Shown here in pieces: positions 51,322-61,114 of a stretch of 64,000 nt of DNA. The DNA comes from a virus (taxonomy: Duplodnaviria; Caudoviricetes). Within the stretch, counting starts at the first letter, position 1. Each line of letters begins with the position of its first letter. Both the position numbers and the translations under genes were made by a program. Where the stretch lies: IMG/VR virus record IMGVR_UViG_3300025769_000104, positions 686 to 64,685 of that record. The stretch is one strand, 5' to 3'. Under the pieces are notes generated by a model. The model saw nothing but the letters and a program-made list of their open reading frames with translations. It made no database searches and was not told the DNA's origin.

Positions 51322-51728
51322 TAGCTAAAGTTTAAGTTTATTTCATCTTCAATATTAGTATCTTCTATATAATAATATATAGATACTGTAATGGTATTAT
51401 TATCTGGATCTCTAAGTACATCTAAATTTTGAAGATTTACAGATGGGAATTCTCTTTTAATTTTAGTTTGAATATCTTCTTGTAAAAATTCAATTGTATT
51501 ATTAGAGATTTGTTCAAAGATAAATCTTCTTAATCCACCCCCAAAAGTAGGGTTACCTGGTCTTTCTCCAGGATTGGTTAAGAAATAATTAATTAGATTA
51601 TATTTAATAGCTTCTTTAGTTGTATAATTTGAAGTAAAAACACCTCCTTCAGACATAGGTAAGTTTACACCTATACCTACTCTAGGTCTTAAATCATTAG
51701 GAAATTGTATTTGAGCTCCAAATGCCAT
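51321..51728 (-). CDS. Baseplate protein gp25/GpW-like
   Basis: NLINYFLTNPGERPGNPTFG. Confidence 0.85.
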   Translation of the reverse strand: MAFGAQIQFPNDLRPRVGIGVNLPMSEGGVFTSNYTTKEAIKYNLINYFLTNPGERPGNPTFGGGLRRFIFEQISNNTIEFLQEDIQTKIKREFPSVNLQNLDVLRDPDNNTITVSIYYYIEDTNIEDEINLNFS

Positions 51729-51730
51729 AA

Positions 51731-52072
51731 TTATTTAACTTGCATTAATCCCATAATTTGATCCATTGATACTTCTCCATCAGGTAATTTACCGTTAGGG
51801 GATGTAGTATCTGTAGTTGTAACCTGTAAAGGTATATTTGATGAATTAGCTTTTAAAGTACCATCTGCTCCTGGCATCATACCTCCTAGTACATTCATCA
51901 TATTTTCTCTTAACTGAGCTTTATCAGCTTTAGGTAAGGGTTTTTGTACAACTGTTTCTTGTATGTTAGCTTTTGGTACACGTACCGCTTCAAGTAAAAT
52001 ATCTTTCATTTCTTCTTGAATTGCTTCTTTTACTGCTTCTTTTACTATTAATTTTAATTGACTTAATTTCAT
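51731..52072 (-). CDS. Hypothetical protein
   Basis: MKLSQLKLIVKEAVKEAIQEE leader; late motif upstream. Confidence 0.55.
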   Translation of the reverse strand: MKLSQLKLIVKEAVKEAIQEEMKDILLEAVRVPKANIQETVVQKPLPKADKAQLRENMMNVLGGMMPGADGTLKANSSNIPLQVTTTDTTSPNGKLPDGEVSMDQIMGLMQVK

Positions 52073-52102
52073 AGATAATTATATTTTGTTATAAATATTA
52101 GG

Positions 52103-53725
52103 TTAATTTGCTTTTAAATTATTTATTTGTATGTAAAATGCTAATTCATCAAGTAATATTTGGTCTTCAGCACTAAATGAAGGTTCTCCTCTTAATACTA
52201 TAATGCCTCTCGAATCTTTTGCTATAGCTTGTCTTCTTGGTAATTCACCAACTTGAGCTTTATCAACAACTTCTACTGATAATGAGAATCCATTAACATT
52301 TTGTAATGTGCTATTACCTTGGGCTTCAGATTGACCTTGAAGCGCTAGTAACTCCCCATTAATTTCTTCCATATTTCCTACATTTTCACATCCTTCAATA
52401 AGTAAATCTATAGTTTTTAAATATCTTAAAATTATAATTAAACTTATAATTAAAAATATTAATGATATCAAAAGTTGTTTTTTTAATTCTTTATTAGTTT
52501 CTGAAAGTTGGTCTAATAATGCTGAAATTCTATCTAGTCTGGAGGTTACAGGATATGCTGCAAATTGTAAAGGTATAGGGATACCTGCTATTGTATTTGA
52601 TAATGATTTAAAAACTGGGGATAAGTAAGCAAATAAAACTGCTAAAGCAGTATTTGCTATAATAATACCGTAAATATTATTTATTTGTCTTACTACAGAA
52701 TTTCTTTTAGCTAAAATATCTTTTAATCTTTCATTACTAGGACATTGTTTTTGTAACTCATTTGCTTGTTCTTGTTTAGCAATCCCAAAATATAACATTA
52801 ATTGAAAAGCTAAAGGTAAAAGTCTATTTTGAACTACGGTAGCAGGCTTTAATACTACATTTCTTAATTTAATTAAAAATTGCTCAGGAAAATTTAGGTA
52901 TGGATCAACTTTTTCTAGTACAAACCTTGTAATTTCATTTTTAGCTTCTTCAGCAGCATATTCGCTTGCCGTAGTTAAATTTAAAATTCCGTGTATGTTT
53001 TGTTCTTGAGGAACCTCTCCATTTTGTTGAACAATAACTTGTATTGAAGGGGCATATTCTGCACCTTCTCCTGTTTCTCTTTGAGTATCAGTCTGTAAGG
53101 ATTGAGTATTATCCTGGTAAAATACAAAAGGTTTAGCTTTTACAGATGCTAAACTAACATTTGGGATGGCATCAATAACAGGTAGTCCTATTGTAATTTC
53201 AAATTCTCCATTTTCATCAGTTTTAACACCAAATTTCCCATTAATATTTTCAACTTCAGAGTTTATAGGGGATGATAAATTTTCATCCCTTATTGCTCTA
53301 AATAAGGGTTTATCATTATTATCAAATAAAGGATCTTTAGTTACAGGATTTTCTCTTTGGGTAGCTGTAACGGGGAACAAACACAATTGAGGAAATACAT
53401 CTATACCTTGTATAGGTTCTTTGGTTTGTTTATCATATATTCTTCCTTTAGTTCTAAAAATACCTATATAAGGTAAATATTTAGCTATTTCATTCCCGGC
53501 TTTTGTTCTGCCTTCGTCTAATTTTTCTCTCCTTCTTCTTTGTCTTTCTCTTTTTCTTTCTTCTGCGGTTAATTCTGATTTTTCTGTTTTGTCTACTTCT
53601 TCGGATTTTTTGACAGCCTCAGCAATTAGTTTAGGATCAATATCAGCTAGAGATTCTATAAGTTTATATCCTTCAGGAGTTTGAAGGAAGGTTTGAGCGG
53701 CTTTTAGTAAAACATCTGCTTCCAT
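52103..53725 (-). CDS. Hypothetical protein with hydrophobic helices
   Basis: LLISLIFLIISLIIILRY and other hydrophobic stretches; next to the hub gene. Confidence 0.5.
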   Translation of the reverse strand: MEADVLLKAAQTFLQTPEGYKLIESLADIDPKLIAEAVKKSEEVDKTEKSELTAEERKRERQRRRREKLDEGRTKAGNEIAKYLPYIGIFRTKGRIYDKQTKEPIQGIDVFPQLCLFPVTATQRENPVTKDPLFDNNDKPLFRAIRDENLSSPINSEVENINGKFGVKTDENGEFEITIGLPVIDAIPNVSLASVKAKPFVFYQDNTQSLQTDTQRETGEGAEYAPSIQVIVQQNGEVPQEQNIHGILNLTTASEYAAEEAKNEITRFVLEKVDPYLNFPEQFLIKLRNVVLKPATVVQNRLLPLAFQLMLYFGIAKQEQANELQKQCPSNERLKDILAKRNSVVRQINNIYGIIIANTALAVLFAYLSPVFKSLSNTIAGIPIPLQFAAYPVTSRLDRISALLDQLSETNKELKKQLLISLIFLIISLIIILRYLKTIDLLIEGCENVGNMEEINGELLALQGQSEAQGNSTLQNVNGFSLSVEVVDKAQVGELPRRQAIAKDSRGIIVLRGEPSFSAEDQILLDELAFYIQINNLKAN

Positions 53726-53726
53726 C

Positions 53727-55028
53727 TTATCCTACTTTTACTTTTTGAGATAACATATTTTGTAAATTATCTCTAAACTTTTGAACACTAGTAGAAGCCA
53801 TGGTATAAGCAAACCCCGCAGCAATAGATAGACCTGCTTCTTTACTTAAAGCTTGTAATAAACCATCTAGATTATATAAAAAAGAATCCATTTGAGCTAT
53901 AAAAGTAGTACCTAATATTACTGCTTCATCTGCATCTTTTTTTCCAATAGATATATTTCCTTCTGGGGTGAGTATATTTAAGTTTCCTTTTTTAGATCTT
54001 AATCCTAAATCTTCATTAGAATCTAAAATTATAGATTTTTGAGAAGATAATAAAATACTATCTGAAGTAGTATTAAATAATAATCTGTTTGAATTAAGAA
54101 TAACTTGAGATTTATTATAAGAAGGAGGAGAAGGAGGGGTTTGTTTAATCATTCCTGAAAATGGGATAGTTGCTAATTCTCCTTCATTTTGAGTAGCTAC
54201 TGCTACTTTAATAGGTATTTTTTGAGTTGAAGTTAAATATATAGATGATGGATCATTATTAATATCTTCTGTAATTGGCAGATATCCTGGAGTTGTTGAA
54301 TTAGGCTGCCCATTTTTAAATATAAGAATAGGTGAACCTTCTTCCCCGGTAACAGACCAATTATTTTTAATTTCACCTTTACTTTTGGCTGTAGATCCTA
54401 ATCTAATACTATTTCCAAATCTTCCCTCTAAAATTCTATCTCCCGCAAAGGGTAATATAGGATGAATATTTCCTTTTTCAGTAAAATTACCTCCTGATGT
54501 CCCATTAAGGTTTATACGAGTATTTGTTTTTTGAGTTTCTCTAGGAGAACCAGATTCTATTTCGGTATAGGATTTATTACTTTGTACAGGAATGTTATTA
54601 GAAACTGATAAGGGATCTGGATATGCGTTTTGTTCATTATCATTCCATAGTTTTAAATTAAGATAATAATAAGTAGGGTTTGAAGATATTCCTGGGTTAT
54701 CGGGTGCAGGGCCTTGGAATATTAGTACATATTCATCTACTAAAGGATATTCTTTAATGTAAGGTAAAAGAGGTCTAGCACTTGAAAAAGTACTTTTATC
54801 TGTTTTATTACTAACACTAACTTTAATGTCTTGAAATTTAATAGAGCCTATTCCAAAATATTCTCCACTAGTTTCAAACATATCAGAGTCTGTGTTTAAG
54901 CAGACATCTCTAACTCTACCTATAATAATAGAATTAGATAATTGGGCTACAGCAGTAGCAGTATTAGTAAAATTTGCAAAATTGCTAATACCTTCTCTAA
55001 GTTGTGCTATTCCAGTTTTAGTGGGCAT
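53727..55028 (-). CDS. Baseplate hub/spike (gp5-like)
   Basis: OB-like N-terminus (YPLVDEYV), GDRILEGRFGNSIRLGS, C-terminal beta-helix repeats. Confidence 0.6.
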   Translation of the reverse strand: MPTKTGIAQLREGISNFANFTNTATAVAQLSNSIIIGRVRDVCLNTDSDMFETSGEYFGIGSIKFQDIKVSVSNKTDKSTFSSARPLLPYIKEYPLVDEYVLIFQGPAPDNPGISSNPTYYYLNLKLWNDNEQNAYPDPLSVSNNIPVQSNKSYTEIESGSPRETQKTNTRINLNGTSGGNFTEKGNIHPILPFAGDRILEGRFGNSIRLGSTAKSKGEIKNNWSVTGEEGSPILIFKNGQPNSTTPGYLPITEDINNDPSSIYLTSTQKIPIKVAVATQNEGELATIPFSGMIKQTPPSPPSYNKSQVILNSNRLLFNTTSDSILLSSQKSIILDSNEDLGLRSKKGNLNILTPEGNISIGKKDADEAVILGTTFIAQMDSFLYNLDGLLQALSKEAGLSIAAGFAYTMASTSVQKFRDNLQNMLSQKVKVG

Positions 55029-55387
55029 TACTTATTTTTATTTTTTTCTTTTTGAAAATTATTATTTAATTTATCTAATTCAGCCATTAATTCTTCTTTT
55101 TCAGCTTCGGTTATACCCAATGTATCTTCATTGTTAGAGTTATTAACCACACGTTGCACTATAGTTGCCATTTTAATTAATTGTTCATCGTTTCTAACGC
55201 CAATTTCCATATATTCTTTAATTAATGGAACAATTAAAGTGGCATCACCTATATCAGAAATTAAGGGTTTTAATTCAGATATTAAAGCAGTAATTTGTTT
55301 TTCTTTTTTTTTCTGATTGTCATAGATTTCACTTAATATATCAGAAAATTTTTTATCTTTGAATATAATATTATCTAAAGCTCCCAT
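55028..55387 (-). CDS. Helical hypothetical protein
   Basis: 119 aa; late motif upstream. Confidence 0.55.
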   Translation of the reverse strand: MGALDNIIFKDKKFSDILSEIYDNQKKKEKQITALISELKPLISDIGDATLIVPLIKEYMEIGVRNDEQLIKMATIVQRVVNNSNNEDTLGITEAEKEELMAELDKLNNNFQKEKNKNK

Positions 55388-55423
55388 AATATTTTTGATT
55401 ATAAATATGGATATAGAAAGGGG

Positions 55424-56137
55424 TTAGAATCTAGCGTAACCGTTTTCTAAATAGAATATATATTGAGATTTAAATATTTCGTGAAGTCTATCAGCTATTT
55501 TAGTAATTTTAGGAGTTTTTACATCAATTATTTCTCTAATATAAATGTAAAGAGCTTTTTTATTAAATACTTCTATTGTTTCTCTTTTTCTAAATAGTTC
55601 TAAAATTGCATCAGCTATTTGAGCATCATTTTTTTTAGGAAATAATTCGTAAATATTTTCTGTAACATGTTCAACAAATAAATCAATGTATTGCCCTAAC
55701 TCATCTTTCTTAGAATCATCATTTATACCATAGGAATGATCAGATCCATCTTTTACTAATTCTTCAACTCCTACTTTCTGTATTTTTTTCTGGTAGTTTT
55801 TGTTATTATATAAAATAAGCCATCTTTTTACTATGGTACCAAAATATGAATAGGCTTTAGCTCCTCTTGTTGGATCAAATAAATGAATTTTTGATAATAA
55901 AAAGGTTATTATCTCATGTTGAAGATGTTCTAAGTTTTCAACTTCAGTATGATAAAATTTAAATGTATGGATTATATTTTGAGTTAGTTTAAAAAAGGCA
56001 TAATGAATGTATCTTTCATATATTTTGCTTCTTTCTTCTTGTTGTTCAATAGGGTCTAAGCCATTATATAATACAATATAATCTTCGGTTTCTTGAGTAA
56101 AGTAATTTTTACTTTTCTTCTTTCTTTTTTTAATCAT
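55424..56137 (-). CDS. Phage RNA polymerase sigma factor (gp55-like late sigma)
   Basis: NYF N-terminus; LFDPTRGAKAYSYFGTIVKR region-2 motif. Confidence 0.7.
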   Translation of the reverse strand: MIKKRKKKSKNYFTQETEDYIVLYNGLDPIEQQEERSKIYERYIHYAFFKLTQNIIHTFKFYHTEVENLEHLQHEIITFLLSKIHLFDPTRGAKAYSYFGTIVKRWLILYNNKNYQKKIQKVGVEELVKDGSDHSYGINDDSKKDELGQYIDLFVEHVTENIYELFPKKNDAQIADAILELFRKRETIEVFNKKALYIYIREIIDVKTPKITKIADRLHEIFKSQYIFYLENGYARF

Positions 56138-56145
56138 TGTTTTAA

Positions 56146-56421
56146 TTAGTCAATTTTAAATCTAGATATACTTTTTTGTATAACCTTTATTTGACTAAAA
56201 AACCAACCAATTTCATCGTCACTTTTAAAAAAACCTTTTTCGTCTATTTGTTGTAACCTTTTATCTGCTATATCTACTTGTTTTGAAAATTCTTCTATAA
56301 ATTGGGATTGGCGTATAATGATATCCTCTGTTTTTTCATTTTTACGCAATAGGTTGATGGTCGTATATCCTAAGATTACGACCAAAACACTTAAAACCCC
56401 AATTATAATTTCTAATATCAT
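56146..56421 (-). CDS. Membrane-anchored coiled-coil protein
   Basis: N-terminal TM helix; FKSDDEIGWFF. Confidence 0.6.
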   Translation of the reverse strand: MILEIIIGVLSVLVVILGYTTINLLRKNEKTEDIIIRQSQFIEEFSKQVDIADKRLQQIDEKGFFKSDDEIGWFFSQIKVIQKSISRFKID

Positions 56422-57191
56422 AAACTATCTAACATATTTTTTAACCCTTCACTTTTTATGGTATTAAGGGCTTTACTTTTTAAATTAGATTTTGACTTCA
56501 ATGTAAAATTTTCTTTTGGCTTTTCCACGCTATTTTCTCCTTTTAATTTAGGTAACCATTCTCTTTCAAATTCAATACGAGCAGCCATTAAGTCCGCCTG
56601 GTGTAAAATAAAAGGGAGTGAAGTACGTGGTTTTTGCTCGGGCATAAAGGCAAATAGATATTTTTTATTTCCTTCATCATATAGACCATCATGTGTTTGG
56701 ATTGCTAACATCTCGTTAAACGTATATTGAATACCATGAGATTGTAATAGAAATAAACCACGGTCTGGGACTGAGGCAAAAGGTACTTTAGTATTAAACA
56801 TATAATCTTCACCTAATTTATCACGTCTCCACTGGTCAGTCTGGGGGATATAAGATTCATTTTCTTCATCCCCCATCTTTCCCAAATCATGATTAATAGC
56901 AGAGAAGACAAGTTCTTCCTGGGTAAAGGTAGACATGTCTGCTCCAAATCCTTCCCATGTTGCACTAAGTGATAGTGCTGCTTTTACAACTCTGTTTACA
57001 TGTTCTACATAACCACCTGGAAAGGAATTGTGGTATTCTTTTTTATGAGCAGCAGGCATTAATATTATACGCTCCTCATATTTTTTATAAAATTCAATTA
57101 ATTTTTCTTTTCTGGGGGATGAAATATATGTTTCAATATTTACTAAAAATTCTACCCAGTTATTTTGAATTTGTTCTGCTGTTAGTTTCAT
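56418..57191 (-). CDS. HD-domain phosphohydrolase
   Basis: YH...GGYVEH...HDLGK...HDG...HQAD. Confidence 0.85.
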   Translation of the reverse strand: MKLTAEQIQNNWVEFLVNIETYISSPRKEKLIEFYKKYEERIILMPAAHKKEYHNSFPGGYVEHVNRVVKAALSLSATWEGFGADMSTFTQEELVFSAINHDLGKMGDEENESYIPQTDQWRRDKLGEDYMFNTKVPFASVPDRGLFLLQSHGIQYTFNEMLAIQTHDGLYDEGNKKYLFAFMPEQKPRTSLPFILHQADLMAARIEFEREWLPKLKGENSVEKPKENFTLKSKSNLKSKALNTIKSEGLKNMLDSL

Positions 57192-57299
57192 AACCTCTTT
57201 TTTTATTTTCTTTAAATTTTTCTGTAATAATACGAATTAATTCCCCAGTTGGATTATGGGCAATATGTTTTAATTTGGATTTCTGTGGAAAAGTCTTCA

Positions 57300-57467
57300 C
57301 TATTGATGTTCGACTAGATCATTTAAATTTTCTAGTACTCCTTTTAGTTTAGTAATTTGATCAATATAAGTTTGTCTTGGCTCACCGGTATTAACTATTC
57401 TTGTTAACTCAGTTAAACCACTTTCTAGTTGTCCTAATTTCTTTTGTACTAATTCTTTATTTCTCAT
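57300..57467 (-). CDS. Small 55-aa hypothetical protein (below ORF-track cutoff)
   Basis: MRNKELVQKKLGQLESGL...VEHQ; A-rich initiation context. Confidence 0.6.
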   Translation of the reverse strand: MRNKELVQKKLGQLESGLTELTRIVNTGEPRQTYIDQITKLKGVLENLNDLVEHQ

Positions 57468-57554
57468 AATTTATTTATTATTTAAACAGGGTATCCCTTA
57501 ACCCCCTTTATCACCCCTTTATCTTCCTCCCCTTTTCCATACAACCCGTATTTC

Positions 57555-57584
57555 CAAGGTACAAGGGAAAATTTACACATCCAA
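57555..57584 (-). promoter_or_regulatory. Host-type promoter TTGG...TACCTTG
   Basis: Same 23-nt offset as the conserved motif. Confidence 0.45.
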
Positions 57585-58019
57585 GGGATTTTCAAAATTT
57601 TCTTTAAGTTTTTTTATTTCTAATAATTTAGCACATTTTTCATATGCTTCTATTGATTCGAAGTATGCAATAGCTTTATTTAAAGTTGCGATTAATGGTT
57701 TAGAATTAAATTCCCATACAGCATCAATGTGGTCTTTTTTTGATAAATCTATAACGTTTATATAACTCCATGCCCTATTAAATACCGTAAAAGAAGATGC
57801 CTCTTTAGTCTGTTCAGCATTATAAGGAGCCTTTTCTCTTTCGAAAAATTTTTTTAGTTTTAAATGGAACACTTCATGGTTATAAATTAATTTAGTAAAC
57901 ATCCCTAACTTAGCTGTAGGGCTGTTTAAATAATCCTCATTAGCATTCACTAATTCTCTAACCTCTTCAGCATCATTATTATTACCAAATAATTGAAATA
58001 TTCTATCTTTGTTTATCAT
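57573..58019 (-). CDS. Protein with C-terminal UvrB/UvrC-like motif
   Basis: AIAYFESIEAYEKCAKL. Confidence 0.55.
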   Translation of the reverse strand: MINKDRIFQLFGNNNDAEEVRELVNANEDYLNSPTAKLGMFTKLIYNHEVFHLKLKKFFEREKAPYNAEQTKEASSFTVFNRAWSYINVIDLSKKDHIDAVWEFNSKPLIATLNKAIAYFESIEAYEKCAKLLEIKKLKENFENPLDV

Positions 58020-58360
58020 CTTTTTCCTCCAAAATATTCTACTGCATGTCCCTCTTTTAATAAGATATCTTGCAATTTTGTTTCACCTAAAAATATAACA
58101 CCTAAACACCTCCCATATTTTCCTACCCCTTGAGAATGTAATACAAATTGATTTTTATTTTCTTTAAGTAATTCTTTAACCCTAACTTTAGCAGCTAACC
58201 CTCTTTTTTTTTCTTCTAAATCTTTAGTACGAGATTCAGGGGTATTAATTCCTACTAATCTAATTCTGATGATTTTATGAGTATCAAACCCTAAATCTAT
58301 CTGAGCATCGAGTGTATCTCCATCTACTACACGAATGCATTTAGCATTGTAAATATACAT
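58016..58360 (-). CDS. Thermonuclease (SNase-like)
   Basis: RVVDGDT...IRLVGINTPE...KYGRCL. Confidence 0.9.
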   Translation of the reverse strand: MYIYNAKCIRVVDGDTLDAQIDLGFDTHKIIRIRLVGINTPESRTKDLEEKKRGLAAKVRVKELLKENKNQFVLHSQGVGKYGRCLGVIFLGETKLQDILLKEGHAVEYFGGKR

Positions 58361-58384
58361 AATCTATTGTTTGATTATAAATAT

Positions 58385-58579
58385 TTACTTTTCTAGTTGA
58401 TTTAAAAATTTCTCTTTTTTAATTGCATCTTGCTTCTTTTTTCTTTTAAGAGATGAAGGTTTGATAAATTCTTTTCTCTTTTTTAATTCTTTGATAATTT
58501 GAGTATCTCGAAATTTATTTTTAAATCTTTTAAGAGCTTGATTTATATTTTCATTTTTTCCTATTTTAATTATTAGCAT
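58385..58579 (-). CDS. rpsU: Ribosomal protein bS21
   Basis: MLII...ENINQALKRFK.K...ELKKRKEFIKPS..KR; Bacteroidota-like. Confidence 0.9.
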   Translation of the reverse strand: MLIIKIGKNENINQALKRFKNKFRDTQIIKELKKRKEFIKPSSLKRKKKQDAIKKEKFLNQLEK

Positions 58580-58814
58580 TGATTTGGGTTTCTAATTCTT
58601 TTAATTCGTTTTCTACATCACTTTGTATTTTTAGTAAGTGATTATATTCTGTAACTATATCTTTTTTATTAGGATTATCTGGATGGTAATTCCAAACTTC
58701 TTCCATTACTGTAGCTACAGACATTAAGTCATCTAATAAAGATGCTTTTTGCTGGTTTAATTGTTCTTGCTCGTTTAATTCTAATTGTGCCATCTTATTT
58801 AAATTTATTTCCAA
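58566..58814 (-). CDS. Hypothetical protein
   Basis: Coiled coil with WNYHPDNP; the second Met is the probable start. Confidence 0.55.
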   Translation of the reverse strand: MEINLNKMAQLELNEQEQLNQQKASLLDDLMSVATVMEEVWNYHPDNPNKKDIVTEYNHLLKIQSDVENELKELETQINANN

Positions 58815-59271
58815 TTAAGTTAATTACTTCTTTTGCCTCTTCCAAATCAATCCAAAAGAATTCTTTACTATTATTTGCACGTTTGGATTTTAATTTGTGG
58901 TGTACTTCCCTTTCAACGGTTTCCCCATTAAAACATTTGTATGCCCATTCTACTTTATAAGGTAAAGCAACACCTGTAGCTGCAGATATCTGTTTTGCTC
59001 TTTCTTCAGGTAAATTTTTAGTATACCCTATTTTAAGTAAATTGGGCATTGTTGGGTTTGATAAAACATATACCCATTGGTCTCCTTCTCCTTGATCAGC
59101 ATATAATCCATATTTTTTACCTGTATAATATGTTACATCTTCCCATCCATCCCCACGTTCACTAGGGGTTATAGTAAAAAATTCTGCATTTTCTAATCCT
59201 GTATTTCCATAATTTTCTTTTAATGGAACCAATTGTTTAGCTTCTTCTAGGGTAATTCTAGTTAAACTCAT
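58795..59271 (-). CDS. T5orf172/GIY-YIG nuclease domain protein
   Basis: VYVLSNP..LLKIGYT...ERAKQI..ATGV...E.EVH...EFF. Confidence 0.85.
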   Translation of the reverse strand: MSLTRITLEEAKQLVPLKENYGNTGLENAEFFTITPSERGDGWEDVTYYTGKKYGLYADQGEGDQWVYVLSNPTMPNLLKIGYTKNLPEERAKQISAATGVALPYKVEWAYKCFNGETVEREVHHKLKSKRANNSKEFFWIDLEEAKEVINLIGNKFK

Positions 59272-59915
59272 TCTACAATAATTTTAAATTCACTTTCTCT
59301 TACAACCCTTTCTCCTATATCATTATTAAAGGTAGTTTTAGTAAATACTTTAAGTGTATCTCCTACCATCTCATTATTCAAATAAAATTGTTGTCTAGGA
59401 TTATAATTATATTTACTATAAGTCCCTAATAAAGTAGGAGCATAAGGACATTCCCAACAAAAATTCTTTTGAATTTGATACCCAGCAATGTTAAGTGGGG
59501 GTTGTATTTGGGCTATATCGGTTAAAGTATAATTAATATTATCTACAGGAACAGGGTTATTAAATCCCCCACCAGTAAACCACCCTAAAAATGAATAAGT
59601 AGGAACAGTAAAATTAATACTATCAAAAGCTACCCAATAATCAGAATCATATCCTACTTCAATTAATGGAACTTTATTTATAACATACTCAGGACTTAAC
59701 TCACTTAATTCTCCTCTAATAGTAAAGTATTTAGGCCCATAAAACTCAATATGCCAATATCCATTATTATCTTGATAAGCATTAGGTTGAACCTGTTCAT
59801 CAATAAAAAACTTTGCTTCACAATCCCCATTTATACAAGGATAGGAAGAAAGTTCCTCCTTACTACAACTAGCAAGGAGAAAACTTAATCCTAATATTAA
59901 TAAAAACCTATTCAT
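59268..59915 (-). CDS. Lipoprotein
   Basis: MNRFLLILGLSFLLASC lipobox followed by SKEE. Confidence 0.7.
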   Translation of the reverse strand: MNRFLLILGLSFLLASCSKEELSSYPCINGDCEAKFFIDEQVQPNAYQDNNGYWHIEFYGPKYFTIRGELSELSPEYVINKVPLIEVGYDSDYWVAFDSINFTVPTYSFLGWFTGGGFNNPVPVDNINYTLTDIAQIQPPLNIAGYQIQKNFCWECPYAPTLLGTYSKYNYNPRQQFYLNNEMVGDTLKVFTKTTFNNDIGERVVRESEFKIIVE

Positions 59916-60718
59916 TATGCATTAACATATTGAAGTGCAACATCAAACATTTTGCTATTCAAATCCATATCTTGTTTGAAGTTTTTGATTTGTCTAGCTT
60001 TTCTAACTTTAGTACCTGCAATATATTCAAAATCACCTTCAATAATTTTTTCTTGTACCACATTAAAAATACTCCAAAGGTCATCACCTTTATCTTCATC
60101 TCTAACTGGAGTAACAAACTCATTCATATCAATAGTAATTCTATTTAATTCCTCTTCTGGGAATCGAACTGCAAGCATATCTTTAGCAAAATCAATAATT
60201 GCTTCTTGAGATAATTTAGTGTTGATCATTTTGTTCATTGATTCAACAGTCAATGGTAATTTTTCTACCATTTCATTAATTTGCTTTTGAAGTTCATCAA
60301 AATCATAACCCATGTGTCTGATTGAAACTTTCTCAAACTCATTAGTTGAAATTACTAAACCATTTTCACAAACCATTCTAAACAAACCAGCAGTAAAAGT
60401 AAATGCATTTTTACCATCATGGCTATTAGTTAAGAGAATTTGTGGAAAAACAGTATCATCATTTTGACCATTGATAACAACATCAGGATTTCTAAACACA
60501 ACTAAGTGTTTTTGATAACCAACATTTTTTCTAGCTTTAACCTCTTTAGCATCAACTACACCCCAACCTAGAACTTCCATATCCTTGATCAATCGATCAG
60601 TTGGAATGTGGGAATACTTATCTGAAACATCAGCTGAAGGTTTAGCTGTAAAAATACTTGGAGCAATTTCTTTTAACTCATTTAAACTTTTGAACTCGGA
60701 ATTTTGAAGATCTAACAT
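59915..60718 (-). CDS. DUF932/DUF945 family protein
   Basis: APSIF...KYSHIPT...NSHDG...GLFRMVCENG...LWSIFNVVQE. Confidence 0.85.
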   Translation of the reverse strand: MLDLQNSEFKSLNELKEIAPSIFTAKPSADVSDKYSHIPTDRLIKDMEVLGWGVVDAKEVKARKNVGYQKHLVVFRNPDVVINGQNDDTVFPQILLTNSHDGKNAFTFTAGLFRMVCENGLVISTNEFEKVSIRHMGYDFDELQKQINEMVEKLPLTVESMNKMINTKLSQEAIIDFAKDMLAVRFPEEELNRITIDMNEFVTPVRDEDKGDDLWSIFNVVQEKIIEGDFEYIAGTKVRKARQIKNFKQDMDLNSKMFDVALQYVNA

Positions 60719-60756
60719 AACTTTAATTTTTAAATTTTTGTAATTATTAATATGTG

Positions 60757-60788
60757 GTAAATATACGAAAGGAAGCCTGGGTAGCCAA
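60757..60788 (-). promoter_or_regulatory. Host-sigma-type promoter, copy 2
   Basis: TTGGCTACCCA-N10-CGTATATTTAC. Confidence 0.75.
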
Positions 60789-60795
60789 GCTTCCT
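60768..60795 (-). terminator. Hairpin overlapping promoter copy 2
   Basis: AGGAAGCTTGG-CTAC-CCAGGCTTCCT-TT just after the stop of 60808..61086; U tract is short. Confidence 0.45.
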
Positions 60796-60807
60796 GTGCA
60801 TTACTTT

Positions 60808-61086
60808 TTATTTTTTTACTAATAAACTTGGTGAAACTGTATACTGAGTAAACATATCATCAGATGAAACTACTTTAATATTTTTACTATTAATTTTAGT
60901 AATTCTAAATGATTTACTAGGATCCATTTTTCTATGGTTAATACCTACAATATCCCCTATTTTAAATGATGATTTAACGTCATAGTTAATTTCTGACTTT
61001 CTAATTGCATACGCATTTTGGATTTGAGAAAGTTCTGATTTATCTGCATTTTTAATGAATGCTAACACTTGATTTAAATTTGACAT
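60808..61086 (-). CDS. Small SH3/KOW-like protein
   Basis: FKIGDIV...ITKINSKNIKV...VSPSLL. Confidence 0.6.
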   Translation of the reverse strand: MSNLNQVLAFIKNADKSELSQIQNAYAIRKSEINYDVKSSFKIGDIVGINHRKMDPSKSFRITKINSKNIKVVSSDDMFTQYTVSPSLLVKK

Positions 61087-61114
61087 AACCTTTATTTGTA
61101 ATTATTAATATGCC

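Noticed and set aside
57263-57310. Programmed frameshift extending the 55-aa ORF (INSEDFSTEIQIK frame)
   Set aside because: No slippery site, and tandem TAG TGA stops close the ORF
1614-60209. Short plus-strand ORFs overlapping minus-strand genes
   Set aside because: Antisense to well-supported genes and lack recognisable motifs
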